A stretch of 14,858 bases of DNA from contig JBMFOP010000075.1 in the NCBI GenBank assembly GCA_049969675.1, forward strand, positions 1-14,858, given 5' to 3'. The number at the start of each line of letters is the position of its first letter. The stretch's first letter is position 1. Made by a program: the position numbers and the translations under genes. The notes under the pieces were generated by a model, which had not been told where the DNA came from, searched no databases, and was given only the letters and a program-made list of their open reading frames with translations. The stretch comes from Myxococcota bacterium. Its GTDB lineage: Bacteria > Myxococcota > SpSt-1050. Shown here piece by piece: positions 1 to 7,969 of this stretch.

Positions 1-149
1 CTTTTCTACTTTCTATAATAAATATTTTTTCAGTAATGCAGCACTATTGTCTTAAACACCTTCTTCACTATCAAATTTTAGCGCGTCGTGATGGCGGGAT
101 TTTCTATCTAATGGGGTAAAGAGATTATTCATAAGCATTGCTATTATCT

Positions 150-278
150 TCAAGAGATAAATCCCTTTATTCCTCTCCCTTCCCCTCTCTTTGCCTTATA
201 AAATATATTCTTAGAAATCTGTAGAATTTGCTTACGCCAATCATAGATTTGTCCAGAGATAATGATATATTTACTCAT
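150..278 (-). other. Short 42-aa ORF with strong Shine-Dalgarno (small protein or 5' end of a decayed gene)
   Basis: On the minus strand AAGGAGG (285-291) lies 6 nt before ATG at 278. Translation MSKYIIISGQIYDWRKQILQISKNIFYKAKRGEGRGIKGFIS ends at TGA 152-150. No recognisable domain. Confidence 0.3.
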
Positions 279-341
279 AGAAAACCTCCTTTCAGTTTCT
301 ATCTGACAAAATAATCTTACACTACAGAGGCTCCCATATTA

Positions 342-367
342 AAAAAATTTATTTTAGACAGATGTGT
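342..367 (+). repeat. Dispersed repeat, type-2 end (AAAAAATTTATTTTAGACAGATGTGT)
   Basis: First 19 nt match the reverse complement of 14801-14819 at 17/19. Shares the TTATTYTRGACAG..GTGT core with type-1 copies. Confidence 0.6.
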
Positions 368-380
368 ATAGACATTTATC

Positions 381-412
381 TTTTCAAATCAGATTATTTT
401 GGACAGCAGTGT
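381..412 (+). repeat. Dispersed repeat, type-1 end (TTTTCAAATCAGATTATTTTGGACAGCAGTGT), IS/MITE terminal-repeat-like
   Basis: 29/32 identical to the reverse complement of 12987-13018; last 22 nt are 20/22 identical to 9437-9458. Confidence 0.8.
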
Positions 413-559
413 TTCAGCATTATAAGGTATTTTTAGGTTAAAGGTTATGAGTGTCCTCCTTTTTTATAATCTTTAGTGAAAGTTCCCTTATGATTGACCA
501 CAATTTTCCATAAAAGTCAAAGATTTGATACACTATGAAGGGAGGGATTTAATTTTTTG

Positions 560-607
560 TTGCTGAATTAGAATTACTAATATATTATAAATTACCACTT
601 AAAGGAG
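560..607 (+). promoter_or_regulatory. Putative sigma70 promoter (TTGCTG-17-TATTAT) and RBS AAGGAG for the PEGA/NifH-like operon
   Basis: -35 at 560-565, -10 at 583-588, AAGGAG at 602-607, ATG at 616. The AT-rich background lowers specificity. Confidence 0.4.
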
Positions 608-615
608 TTGGTGTA

Positions 616-2016
616 ATGAATAGATTTAAGTTTGCAATTTTTATACTACCCTTAATAACAACCTCATTTACATATGCAGGTGAACTCCCCTCGTTGATAG
701 TATTTAATATGGGTGCTGAGGAGGGAGTTACAAAGGGAAAGGCAAATATGCTGACAGAGATATTGATTGATGAGATAAATAAACTCAATCAATTTAAGGT
801 AATAGGTCAGAAAGATCTGGATTCAATGTTCTTCTGGGAGCAGAATAAGCAACTCAAGAATTGCACAGAGTCCTCCTGTCTCTCAGAAATTGCCGGTGCT
901 ATGGGGGCAGAATACTATGTAGAGGGGTCGGTTGGTCAATTGGGAGATAGGTATATTATTGCTGTAAAGTTGATTAATGCTCATAAGGTTGAGATAGTTA
1001 ATAGATTGATAAGGAAGGTATATAAGAGTGATAATGCCCTTGTAGATGAGGTCCCAAAGATGGTAAAAGAGCTCTTTGACCCTAAAAAATTGAAGATGGA
1101 ATTTGATTCGGTTCAGGGTGAGATATCTTTTACCTCCGGCCTTGATATAGTAAGTGAGCCATCTGGTGTAAAGATAATTATTGACAATGAAGATAAAGGG
1201 GTAACCCCAATTAAGATTGAAAAACTTAGAAACGGTAGACATACTATTATTGCAAAGAAAGATGGATACAAAGATGAGACAGTTAATGTAAATCTCAATA
1301 AGGATGAGATAAAGCCGTTGATGATTAAGCTAAAAAAGAGGGTATGTTCAATATATGTTGAGACCTCACCGGTGAGTGCTGATGTATATTTTCAGGGGAA
1401 AAAATACTATACCCCAGCAAGGATTGAGAATGTGACTCCGGGAAAGTATGAATTAAAATTCTTCAATAAGAAATATGGTGAGAGAAGGATGGATGTGGTT
1501 GTTTCTGATAATGAAGAGGAGACAAAGGTGATGCTTGATTTTGAGGCTACTACGATAGAGGCTGTAAAAAAATATAAAAAAGATATTGGTTCCGGATATT
1601 TTACAAATGATTTATTTTATAGTTTTGGGGGCTCATATTTTGGAGATAGTGAAAAATCCACAGCTCATACATTTCAGGTAAGGAGCAAACTTTCTCTCTT
1701 CCCTGTGCTGCTTATCCCTGAGGCACAGGTGTTTGTCACAAATACAAAATATTTTGGGGCAAACCTATCACTTGTCCTGTTCAGCACCCAGCAATTTGAA
1801 TTGTTAACTCTCGGTTATGGATTTGTTAAGAGTAATATGGGGAACGGAGCGGGGTTGGCATTAAATCTTTATAGAATGAATGTGGCATTACATACTGTTA
1901 CCTCAAATAATGACATGCATCTGTTTATCGGCTTTTTAGATGCCTACATAGGTAAAGATAACTATGTAATAAATTTGATATCATTGGGACTTGGGTGGGG
2001 ATTTTATATGTATTGA
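616..2016 (+). CDS. Secreted/outer-membrane PEGA-domain protein with N-terminal CsgG/FlgO/TolB_N-like domain
   Basis: Signal peptide (MNRFKFAIFIL...TYA). Motif CTESSCLSEIAGAMGAEYYVEGSVGQLG. Two PEGA repeats (IVSEPSGVKIIIDN..GVTP...GRHTIIAKKDGY; VETSPVSADVYF...PGKYEL). Amphipathic beta-strand C-terminus ending LGLGWGFYMY. Confidence 0.8.
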   Translation: MNRFKFAIFILPLITTSFTYAGELPSLIVFNMGAEEGVTKGKANMLTEILIDEINKLNQFKVIGQKDLDSMFFWEQNKQLKNCTESSCLSEIAGAMGAEYYVEGSVGQLGDRYIIAVKLINAHKVEIVNRLIRKVYKSDNALVDEVPKMVKELFDPKKLKMEFDSVQGEISFTSGLDIVSEPSGVKIIIDNEDKGVTPIKIEKLRNGRHTIIAKKDGYKDETVNVNLNKDEIKPLMIKLKKRVCSIYVETSPVSADVYFQGKKYYTPARIENVTPGKYELKFFNKKYGERRMDVVVSDNEEETKVMLDFEATTIEAVKKYKKDIGSGYFTNDLFYSFGGSYFGDSEKSTAHTFQVRSKLSLFPVLLIPEAQVFVTNTKYFGANLSLVLFSTQQFELLTLGYGFVKSNMGNGAGLALNLYRMNVALHTVTSNNDMHLFIGFLDAYIGKDNYVINLISLGLGWGFYMY

Positions 2017-2023
2017 GGTGTCT

Positions 2024-2839
2024 ATGGAGAGTATTGCCTTCTATGGCAAAGGTGGAATTGGTAAATCGTTTATTTCGGCAAATATAAGTTACTATCTGGC
2101 AAAGAAGAAGAAGAGGGTCTTACATATTGGTTGTGACCCAAAGCATGACAGTACTTTTTTATTGCTTAATGATAATAAGCGAGCCTCAACTGTGCTGGAT
2201 ATGATAGGTGATAATGTGACTATGATAGATGCGTCAAAAATCATTAATACGGGAAAACTCGGAATAAATTGTGTTGAGGCAGGGGGACCGCCGCCCGGTG
2301 TAGGTTGTGCGGGCAGGGGAGTGGCGAGGACACTTGAATTCCTTGAGGAGAGCAGGGTAATTGATTCAAAGAGATATGATGTAGTAATCTATGATGTTCT
2401 GGGAGATGTGGTATGTGGTGGGTTCGCCGCGCCTTTGAGACTCGGCTTTGCAAAGAAGGTTGTGATTGTTACCTCAGAGGAGGGTATGTCTTTATATGCA
2501 GCCAATAATATTACAAAGGCTATCAATACATATTTTGAGAATGGAATCTATCTTGCTGGTCTGATTGTAAATCTTAAGAGAAATGATGCCGATATAGATA
2601 TTCTGAAAAATTTTGCAAAAAGGATCAATTCAGAGATACTCGGATTTATAAAGAGGTCAAACCTTGTGTCTGAGGCAGAAAGGGAGAGAAAGACATTGAT
2701 TGAAAGATTTCCCGATTCTTCTGAGTCTAAAATGATAGCCAGGATAGCCGAAGACCTTTATAAACACAGAGGTAAGTATGAGCGCCCGCGCCCGATGGAG
2801 GATGAGGAGTTCTTTGAATTCATAAAGAAGGGTAGGTAG
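2024..2839 (+). CDS. Nitrogenase iron-protein-like ATPase/reductase (NifH/BchL/BchX/CfbC superfamily), function unknown
   Basis: YGKGGIGKS P-loop, GCDPKHDST, EAGGPPPGVGCAGRG, YDVLGDVVCGGFAAP (both [4Fe-4S] Cys ligands) and LYAANNI. Start revised to ATG 2024 behind GAGGTG (2015-2020), giving 271 aa. Confidence 0.92.
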   Translation: MESIAFYGKGGIGKSFISANISYYLAKKKKRVLHIGCDPKHDSTFLLLNDNKRASTVLDMIGDNVTMIDASKIINTGKLGINCVEAGGPPPGVGCAGRGVARTLEFLEESRVIDSKRYDVVIYDVLGDVVCGGFAAPLRLGFAKKVVIVTSEEGMSLYAANNITKAINTYFENGIYLAGLIVNLKRNDADIDILKNFAKRINSEILGFIKRSNLVSEAERERKTLIERFPDSSESKMIARIAEDLYKHRGKYERPRPMEDEEFFEFIKKGR

Positions 2840-2840
2840 C

Positions 2841-5195
2841 TCAACTGGTTGTAATCAATTCAACATCACACTCTCTCTTCTTCAGGAGTTCCCTTAGATT
2901 TAAATGTCCCGGTTGCAATAGTTCGGGGTCTTCCTTGAGGATTTTAATTGCTGCCTCTCTTGTCTCTTCAAGTATATCTGCATCACGGATGAGGTTGCTC
3001 ATATGCAGGTCTGGAAGTCCGGATTGTCTGGTCCCTGCCAGCTCGCCGGGCCCGCGAATCCTCAGGTCCTCCTCTGCTATCTTAAATCCGTTATTGGTCT
3101 TCTCCATAATCTTAAGCCTTTCATAGGCATTTTCGGTGAGCCAGTTGTAGGCTATCAGATAGCAGAACGAGGTCTTCGTCCCCCTTCCAACTCTCCCCCG
3201 AAGTTGATGTAATTGGGAGAGTCCGAATCTCTCTGCATGTTCAATTACCATAATGGAGGCATTCGGGACATCTACCCCTACCTCAATGACAGTGGTTGCA
3301 ATCAAAATCTGTAACTTCCCTTCTTTGAATTCATTCATTATTCTAATCTTCTCATCATCTGAAATCCTACCGTGTATAAGTCCTATCGGTATCTCTCTGA
3401 ATTGGGTCTCTTTGAGATGCTGGTACATATCTTCTGCCGCTTTTAAGTCCAGTTTGTCGCTCTCTGAGATGAGTGGATATACAATATAACACTGCTGATT
3501 CTCTTGAGTAATCTGTCTTTTGAGGTCAATATAAAATCTCTCAGCCTTATCTCCTCTGATGACCTTTGTGATTACCTCCTTTCTACCTGGTGGGAGCTCT
3601 TTAATCAGACTTATATCCAGATCTCCGTATAGTGAAATTGCAAGGGTTCTTGGAATCGGTGTGGCGCTCATCATCAGAAGGTCGGCATTTATCCCTTTGG
3701 ATTTCATCTTTGCTCTCTGATTTATTCCAAACTGATGCTGTTCATCAATGATTACATAAGTAAGATTCTTGAACTGGATATTCTCCTCAAGCAGGGCGTG
3801 AGTGCCAATAATTATTTTTATATGACCCAGAGAGATGTCGCCAACAATTCTACTTCTCTCAGCACCTTTGATTGAACCAGTCAATAATCCTATTCGGCTT
3901 TTGATGTCTGGTAGTAGTTTACAAAAATTATTATAGTGTTGTCGTGCTAATATCTCAGTAGGAACAAGGATGGCAGTCTGTGAACCAGATAGAGCAGCCA
4001 GATAAGAAGTAATCATTGCTACAGCAGTCTTTCCAGACCCCACATCACCTATCAATAGTCTGTTCATCTGCTTATCGCTCTTCATATCCCTGATAATCTC
4101 TTGCAATGACTGATTTTGTGATCTGGTAAGTTCAAATGGGAGTTTCTTTATTGCATCCGCAACAGTAGATTCTTTAATATTATGTGTAAAGCCCATCTGT
4201 CTCTTATATCTCTCCTTCCTCATCACAAGGAGCATTTCAAGGGCAAATAGTTCATCAAATATCAGTCTCCTTCTCGGTCTCCATCTGTTGGATTGAATCT
4301 CCTCAAAATCGGTGTTGTTGGATGGGAAATGTATCTCTCTAATTGCCAGATTTAGCGGTATAAGATTATATCTCTGTATGAGGTAATCCGGAAGCGGGTC
4401 TATAATATAATTTGAAAATTCATCCACAATAGTCTTCATAATCTTGATTAGGTGTCCTTCAGATATCCCTTCAATGGCTGAATATACAGGGATGATTCTC
4501 TTAAAAAAGAGGTCATCTTCTATATTCCCAGTCTCTTTAATGATAGGATGATTTATCTGAATATTCCTTTTAAACATTCTCGCCTTACCACTTACTATTA
4601 CGGTAGTGTTGGGTTTATATTTATTGATAAGATGCTCCTCATAGTGTGGCTGTATATGAAACCATACAAGGTCCAGAAATCCGCTCGTATCGGATATAGT
4701 CATTGTAAAAGTCTTTCTGGTTTTGCCAGAGCGTATCACTTTTCCGACCACAGTTACATTCTCTCCGGGGACGATTCTATTTATTGGAATAATTGCCCTC
4801 CTGTCTTCATAATCCCGTGGAAAGAAGAAGAGGGCGTCCCTGATTGTGTTTATGCCCTTTCTCCTGAATCGTTCAAAGAGTACAGGCCCAACACCTTTTA
4901 TATACTGGATTGGTTTATTGAGTGTCTCTTCTGCATAAAATGTATTACCCGCTGATTGAATATTCTCTCTTTTACCATCTGTCTTAATAACCTCACTCTC
5001 AAGTAGTATCTTAAATAATCTTAGAGAGAGCTCATTGCAATTGATTGTGGTCTGATACAGGTCTTCAAAGAATCCTTTCTTCTCTGGAAATTCAATCTTT
5101 AATCTTTTTATCTCCTCTCTGATAGTTGATATATCTACCTGAGACTCCGCAAGATTCAGCAGGATACCGAGTCTTTCATTGTAAAGATTTTTCAT
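2841..5195 (-). CDS. recG: ATP-dependent DNA helicase RecG
   Basis: IKGVGP, FPRDYEDRR wedge/OB region, GDVGSGKT, PTEILARQH, DEQH, MSATPIPRTL, ATTVIEVGVDVPNA, QLHQLRGRVGRG, DLRIRGPGE. Confidence 0.97.
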   Translation of the reverse strand: MKNLYNERLGILLNLAESQVDISTIREEIKRLKIEFPEKKGFFEDLYQTTINCNELSLRLFKILLESEVIKTDGKRENIQSAGNTFYAEETLNKPIQYIKGVGPVLFERFRRKGINTIRDALFFFPRDYEDRRAIIPINRIVPGENVTVVGKVIRSGKTRKTFTMTISDTSGFLDLVWFHIQPHYEEHLINKYKPNTTVIVSGKARMFKRNIQINHPIIKETGNIEDDLFFKRIIPVYSAIEGISEGHLIKIMKTIVDEFSNYIIDPLPDYLIQRYNLIPLNLAIREIHFPSNNTDFEEIQSNRWRPRRRLIFDELFALEMLLVMRKERYKRQMGFTHNIKESTVADAIKKLPFELTRSQNQSLQEIIRDMKSDKQMNRLLIGDVGSGKTAVAMITSYLAALSGSQTAILVPTEILARQHYNNFCKLLPDIKSRIGLLTGSIKGAERSRIVGDISLGHIKIIIGTHALLEENIQFKNLTYVIIDEQHQFGINQRAKMKSKGINADLLMMSATPIPRTLAISLYGDLDISLIKELPPGRKEVITKVIRGDKAERFYIDLKRQITQENQQCYIVYPLISESDKLDLKAAEDMYQHLKETQFREIPIGLIHGRISDDEKIRIMNEFKEGKLQILIATTVIEVGVDVPNASIMVIEHAERFGLSQLHQLRGRVGRGTKTSFCYLIAYNWLTENAYERLKIMEKTNNGFKIAEEDLRIRGPGELAGTRQSGLPDLHMSNLIRDADILEETREAAIKILKEDPELLQPGHLNLRELLKKRECDVELITTS

Positions 5196-5410
5196 TTATT
5201 TTTTTTATTGATACGATTATTTATTGCTGTAAGCAATTCCTTTAAGGAGACATTGTGCATCTCTGCGGCATCCTCAATAGTTGAGGTGGGTGCGAGTACA
5301 CACTCATTACAGGGCATCCCGAAACTCTCCAGAACTTCGCAGACTTCAGGGTACTGTCTTATCAACTCATCAATCAATATATCTTTGTGAATAATCTCTC
5401 TCTTCTTCAT
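5192..5410 (-). CDS. DUF1858 / hybrid-cluster-associated redox-disulfide domain small protein
   Basis: IHKDILIDELIRQYPEVCEVLESFGMPCNEC...TIEDAAEMHNVSLKELLTAIN (CxxC). Its TGA overlaps the recG ATG (ATGA). Confidence 0.85.
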   Translation of the reverse strand: MKKREIIHKDILIDELIRQYPEVCEVLESFGMPCNECVLAPTSTIEDAAEMHNVSLKELLTAINNRINKKNK

Positions 5411-5412
5411 CC

Positions 5413-6702
5413 CTAAAACTGACCTGTGGCTGAGACATTCCAGAAGATTATAAATGTATCAGCTAACCTAAATCTATTTCCTCTCTGGTCAAGTATTGGC
5501 TCATATACGGGATTGGGCACATCCCCTTCATCTCTTGAACAACGTCCATTGTTGTTCCTGTCGTCCGAGCAGGAGTTTGCAAATGTAAGATAATGCAAAG
5601 TATCGTGTCCAAATCCGATATTGGCCATAAGCCTTAAGTATTTTGCTACAACAAAGCTGAGTCCAAAGAGCCCTCTAAATTCAAAGTATTGTTCTGTAGC
5701 TGTAACCCTTCCCCATGAGTCTATCAATGGTAATCCATCATCTCCGTTTATATAATTTCCATTTGCATCCTTCTTAAAGTTTGGAAGGAATTCGGCTATC
5801 TCAGAATAAGCCTTATCGGCATTGCTTACAAATGTGGCTGAGAGTCTGAAGTCAAATGCAAATTTATTGCCGAGCTGTACATCTTCGTATGGGATAATCT
5901 CTGTACCTATATCAAAGCCAGCCCTATGAGATCCAGTAATAAGGGAACTGTTGATTGTGAGCGGGAGATTATAGGAGACACCAAAATATGGGTCAACATA
6001 TTCAAATCGCTTTGAAAATGCAGTCCAGAAGGAGAGTATCTGAAGTTTCTTCCCTATGTCACCTTTATTTGAACCGGTTGCCTGTTCATCCAGGTCATAT
6101 CTTGCACCTGTCGGGATAGTGTATTCAATGCCCAGTACCCAGGTTGCCATCGTGTCGTCCCAGTTGAGCTTCCCTTTATCTCTCTTAAGTATGTTATATG
6201 GCTTCTGATCATAAAATGGTGCCCATTTGATACCCACTGACATATCTCCAAAACCACCTCTTACTGCCTTATCCGGGATATTGCGAATTATCTTGTTGGG
6301 GTCTGGAGTTGTCTGTCCATAATATGTGTTGGTTTTATTCATTGTAATCTGTTTCCATCCAGATTGAGTGGCGAAGTTTATAGATTTTTCATAGTTCAAA
6401 TAGATCGGCAGAACTGTATATAATTCAAGGTCTCTAAATACGCCGAGTTCAAGTTTTGGGGAGAGGAGATAGTATGTTTCATTGTAATCCAGATTCTTTG
6501 CATCAATTAAGATCCCTCTATTCTTATCCAGAAATTCTCTCGTGATAGTTGAGTTCTTATAAAACCCCTGAAAGAATATCTCTATATTGGCATCAAATGG
6601 ATCGTCTTCGTAAAATGCGCCCGCCACCTTTGTGTAGTTAGACGCAGATGCCTGCGATGAAATGATAATAAAAATAATCGACAACCTCATAAAGAGTTTC
6701 AT
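5413..6702 (-). CDS. Putative outer-membrane beta-barrel protein, function unknown
   Basis: Signal peptide, GFGDMSVGIKWAP and YTIPTG motifs typical of transporter-like barrels, alternating beta strands, C-terminal WNVSATGQF (BamA-type terminal Phe). RBS AAGGAG upstream. Confidence 0.65.
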   Translation of the reverse strand: MKLFMRLSIIFIIISSQASASNYTKVAGAFYEDDPFDANIEIFFQGFYKNSTITREFLDKNRGILIDAKNLDYNETYYLLSPKLELGVFRDLELYTVLPIYLNYEKSINFATQSGWKQITMNKTNTYYGQTTPDPNKIIRNIPDKAVRGGFGDMSVGIKWAPFYDQKPYNILKRDKGKLNWDDTMATWVLGIEYTIPTGARYDLDEQATGSNKGDIGKKLQILSFWTAFSKRFEYVDPYFGVSYNLPLTINSSLITGSHRAGFDIGTEIIPYEDVQLGNKFAFDFRLSATFVSNADKAYSEIAEFLPNFKKDANGNYINGDDGLPLIDSWGRVTATEQYFEFRGLFGLSFVVAKYLRLMANIGFGHDTLHYLTFANSCSDDRNNNGRCSRDEGDVPNPVYEPILDQRGNRFRLADTFIIFWNVSATGQF

Positions 6703-6779
6703 AAAACAACTCCTTAATGTAAAAGCCAGATTTCCCTTTTCAGTTCTTAAGGGACGAGCCCTTAATAAAACTTTGTAAG

Positions 6780-6808
6780 AATATACTTGGTAGATTAATA
6801 ATTGTCAA
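6780..6808 (-). promoter_or_regulatory. sigma70 promoter TTGACA-17-TATATT for the barrel-DUF1858-recG operon
   Basis: Consensus -35 at 6808-6803 and -10 at 6785-6780 with exact 17-nt spacing. Confidence 0.6.
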
Positions 6809-6853
6809 GACCAAGAGATAAGAAGAAAAAATTTATTTTGTGCCGAACATCAC

Positions 6854-6881
6854 TTGATTATTTACTTTTTTCTATTATGAT
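6854..6881 (+). promoter_or_regulatory. Putative divergent sigma70 promoter TTGATT-16-TATGAT
   Basis: Lies upstream of RBS GAGGAGG (6895-6901). Confidence 0.4.
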
Positions 6882-6906
6882 ACCATCAATTTTAGAGGAG
6901 GAAATG

Positions 6907-7968
6907 ATGAATAGAATAACATTGATTATTTTGGGTCTCTTGATAATTAATCCACTATTATTTGCACAGGATAAATCAAAGGCCGAACCACAAAAGGCAG
7001 AGAGTAAGGATGTTGCCCCTTCAAAGGGTGTAAAAGAGGAGAAAAGATCTGAAAAAAATGAGGAGAAGAAGAGTGAGAAGAGGGATATAGGGTCTGACAA
7101 GAAGGAGATTCAAATAAAACTGAAATCTGTTGCAAAGAATATAAGCAAGGAACTTGAAAGGATAAAGGCTGGTGCAATTGTAAGGGTGGTGGTAAGCAAC
7201 TTCTCAAATAATGGTGAACTCGCAAAGAAGAAGGAGATAGGTACTCTTGTAATGGGTGAATTGATGCTAAATCTGGCAAGGTTTAATAATATTGAACTCA
7301 TTGAGAGAGAGAAGCTCGCAAAGGTTCTGGATGAGATGAAGCTTGTACAACTCGGCTTTGCCGATGAGAAGACCGCTGCTCAGGTGGGCAGGATGTTACA
7401 GGCTCAGGTAGTTATAGTCGGAGAGGTGGCGGAGGCGGGAGACAAATTTGTTATAAACGCGAGAGTTGTAGATGTTGAATCGGCAAAGGTATTATACCAG
7501 GAGGGGTTTAATTCTCCAATGGAAGGTATGATAGCACTCTCAAGTGAGTCGCTTGTACTCAGGAGCAAATTTGACGCCACATATAGATCCCTTATTCTCC
7601 CCGGATGGGGTCAGTTTTACAACGGTGATAATGTCAAAGGTATCCTCTTCTCTGTAATAGAAGTCGGTCTTTTTGGCACTGCTATATGGATGCATTTGCA
7701 GGGTAAGAGCAAAGAAGATGATTATAAGAAGATGGATTGTACAGATGCAGAACAGGATTGTATTGATAAGGTACAGAAGTTAAAGTCAGATGGTGAAGAT
7801 TACTATAAGATGCGAAACTACTTTATTTATGGTGGGGCTGCGGTCTGGGCATTGAATGTAGTTGATGCATATCTCTCTGGAAAGGACTTTGACTCGGCAC
7901 TTAAGACAGCTCAAAATACAGGTCTTCATATCACAACCGAGGGTTTGAGATTGAGTCTCTCCTTCTAA
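6907..7968 (+). CDS. CsgG/HfaB/FlgO-like domain protein with C-terminal DUF5683-like membrane region
   Basis: Start revised to ATG 6907 (or 6904) after GAGGAGG. Signal peptide, K/E-rich linker, IELIEREKLAKVLDEMKL...AAQVGRMLQAQVVIVGEV...INARVVDVESAKV, then SLILPGWGQFYN...WALNVVDAY and terminal LSLSF. Confidence 0.75.
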   Translation: MNRITLIILGLLIINPLLFAQDKSKAEPQKAESKDVAPSKGVKEEKRSEKNEEKKSEKRDIGSDKKEIQIKLKSVAKNISKELERIKAGAIVRVVVSNFSNNGELAKKKEIGTLVMGELMLNLARFNNIELIEREKLAKVLDEMKLVQLGFADEKTAAQVGRMLQAQVVIVGEVAEAGDKFVINARVVDVESAKVLYQEGFNSPMEGMIALSSESLVLRSKFDATYRSLILPGWGQFYNGDNVKGILFSVIEVGLFGTAIWMHLQGKSKEDDYKKMDCTDAEQDCIDKVQKLKSDGEDYYKMRNYFIYGGAAVWALNVVDAYLSGKDFDSALKTAQNTGLHITTEGLRLSLSF

Positions 7969-7969
7969 T

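Noticed and set aside
248..264. TTTGTCCAGAGATAATG as a further repeat copy
   Set aside because: The match is too short and gapped to distinguish from chance.
2024..2839. Calling the gene nifH / inferring nitrogen fixation or chlorophyll synthesis
   Set aside because: No nifDKENB or bch genes in the window, and the motifs deviate from every canonical clade.
6802..6906. Extended upstream starts at 6802 (also 1991 and 10345)
   Set aside because: These are TTG starts without an RBS. Downstream ATGs have clear SD sequences and, where relevant, place signal peptides at the N-terminus.
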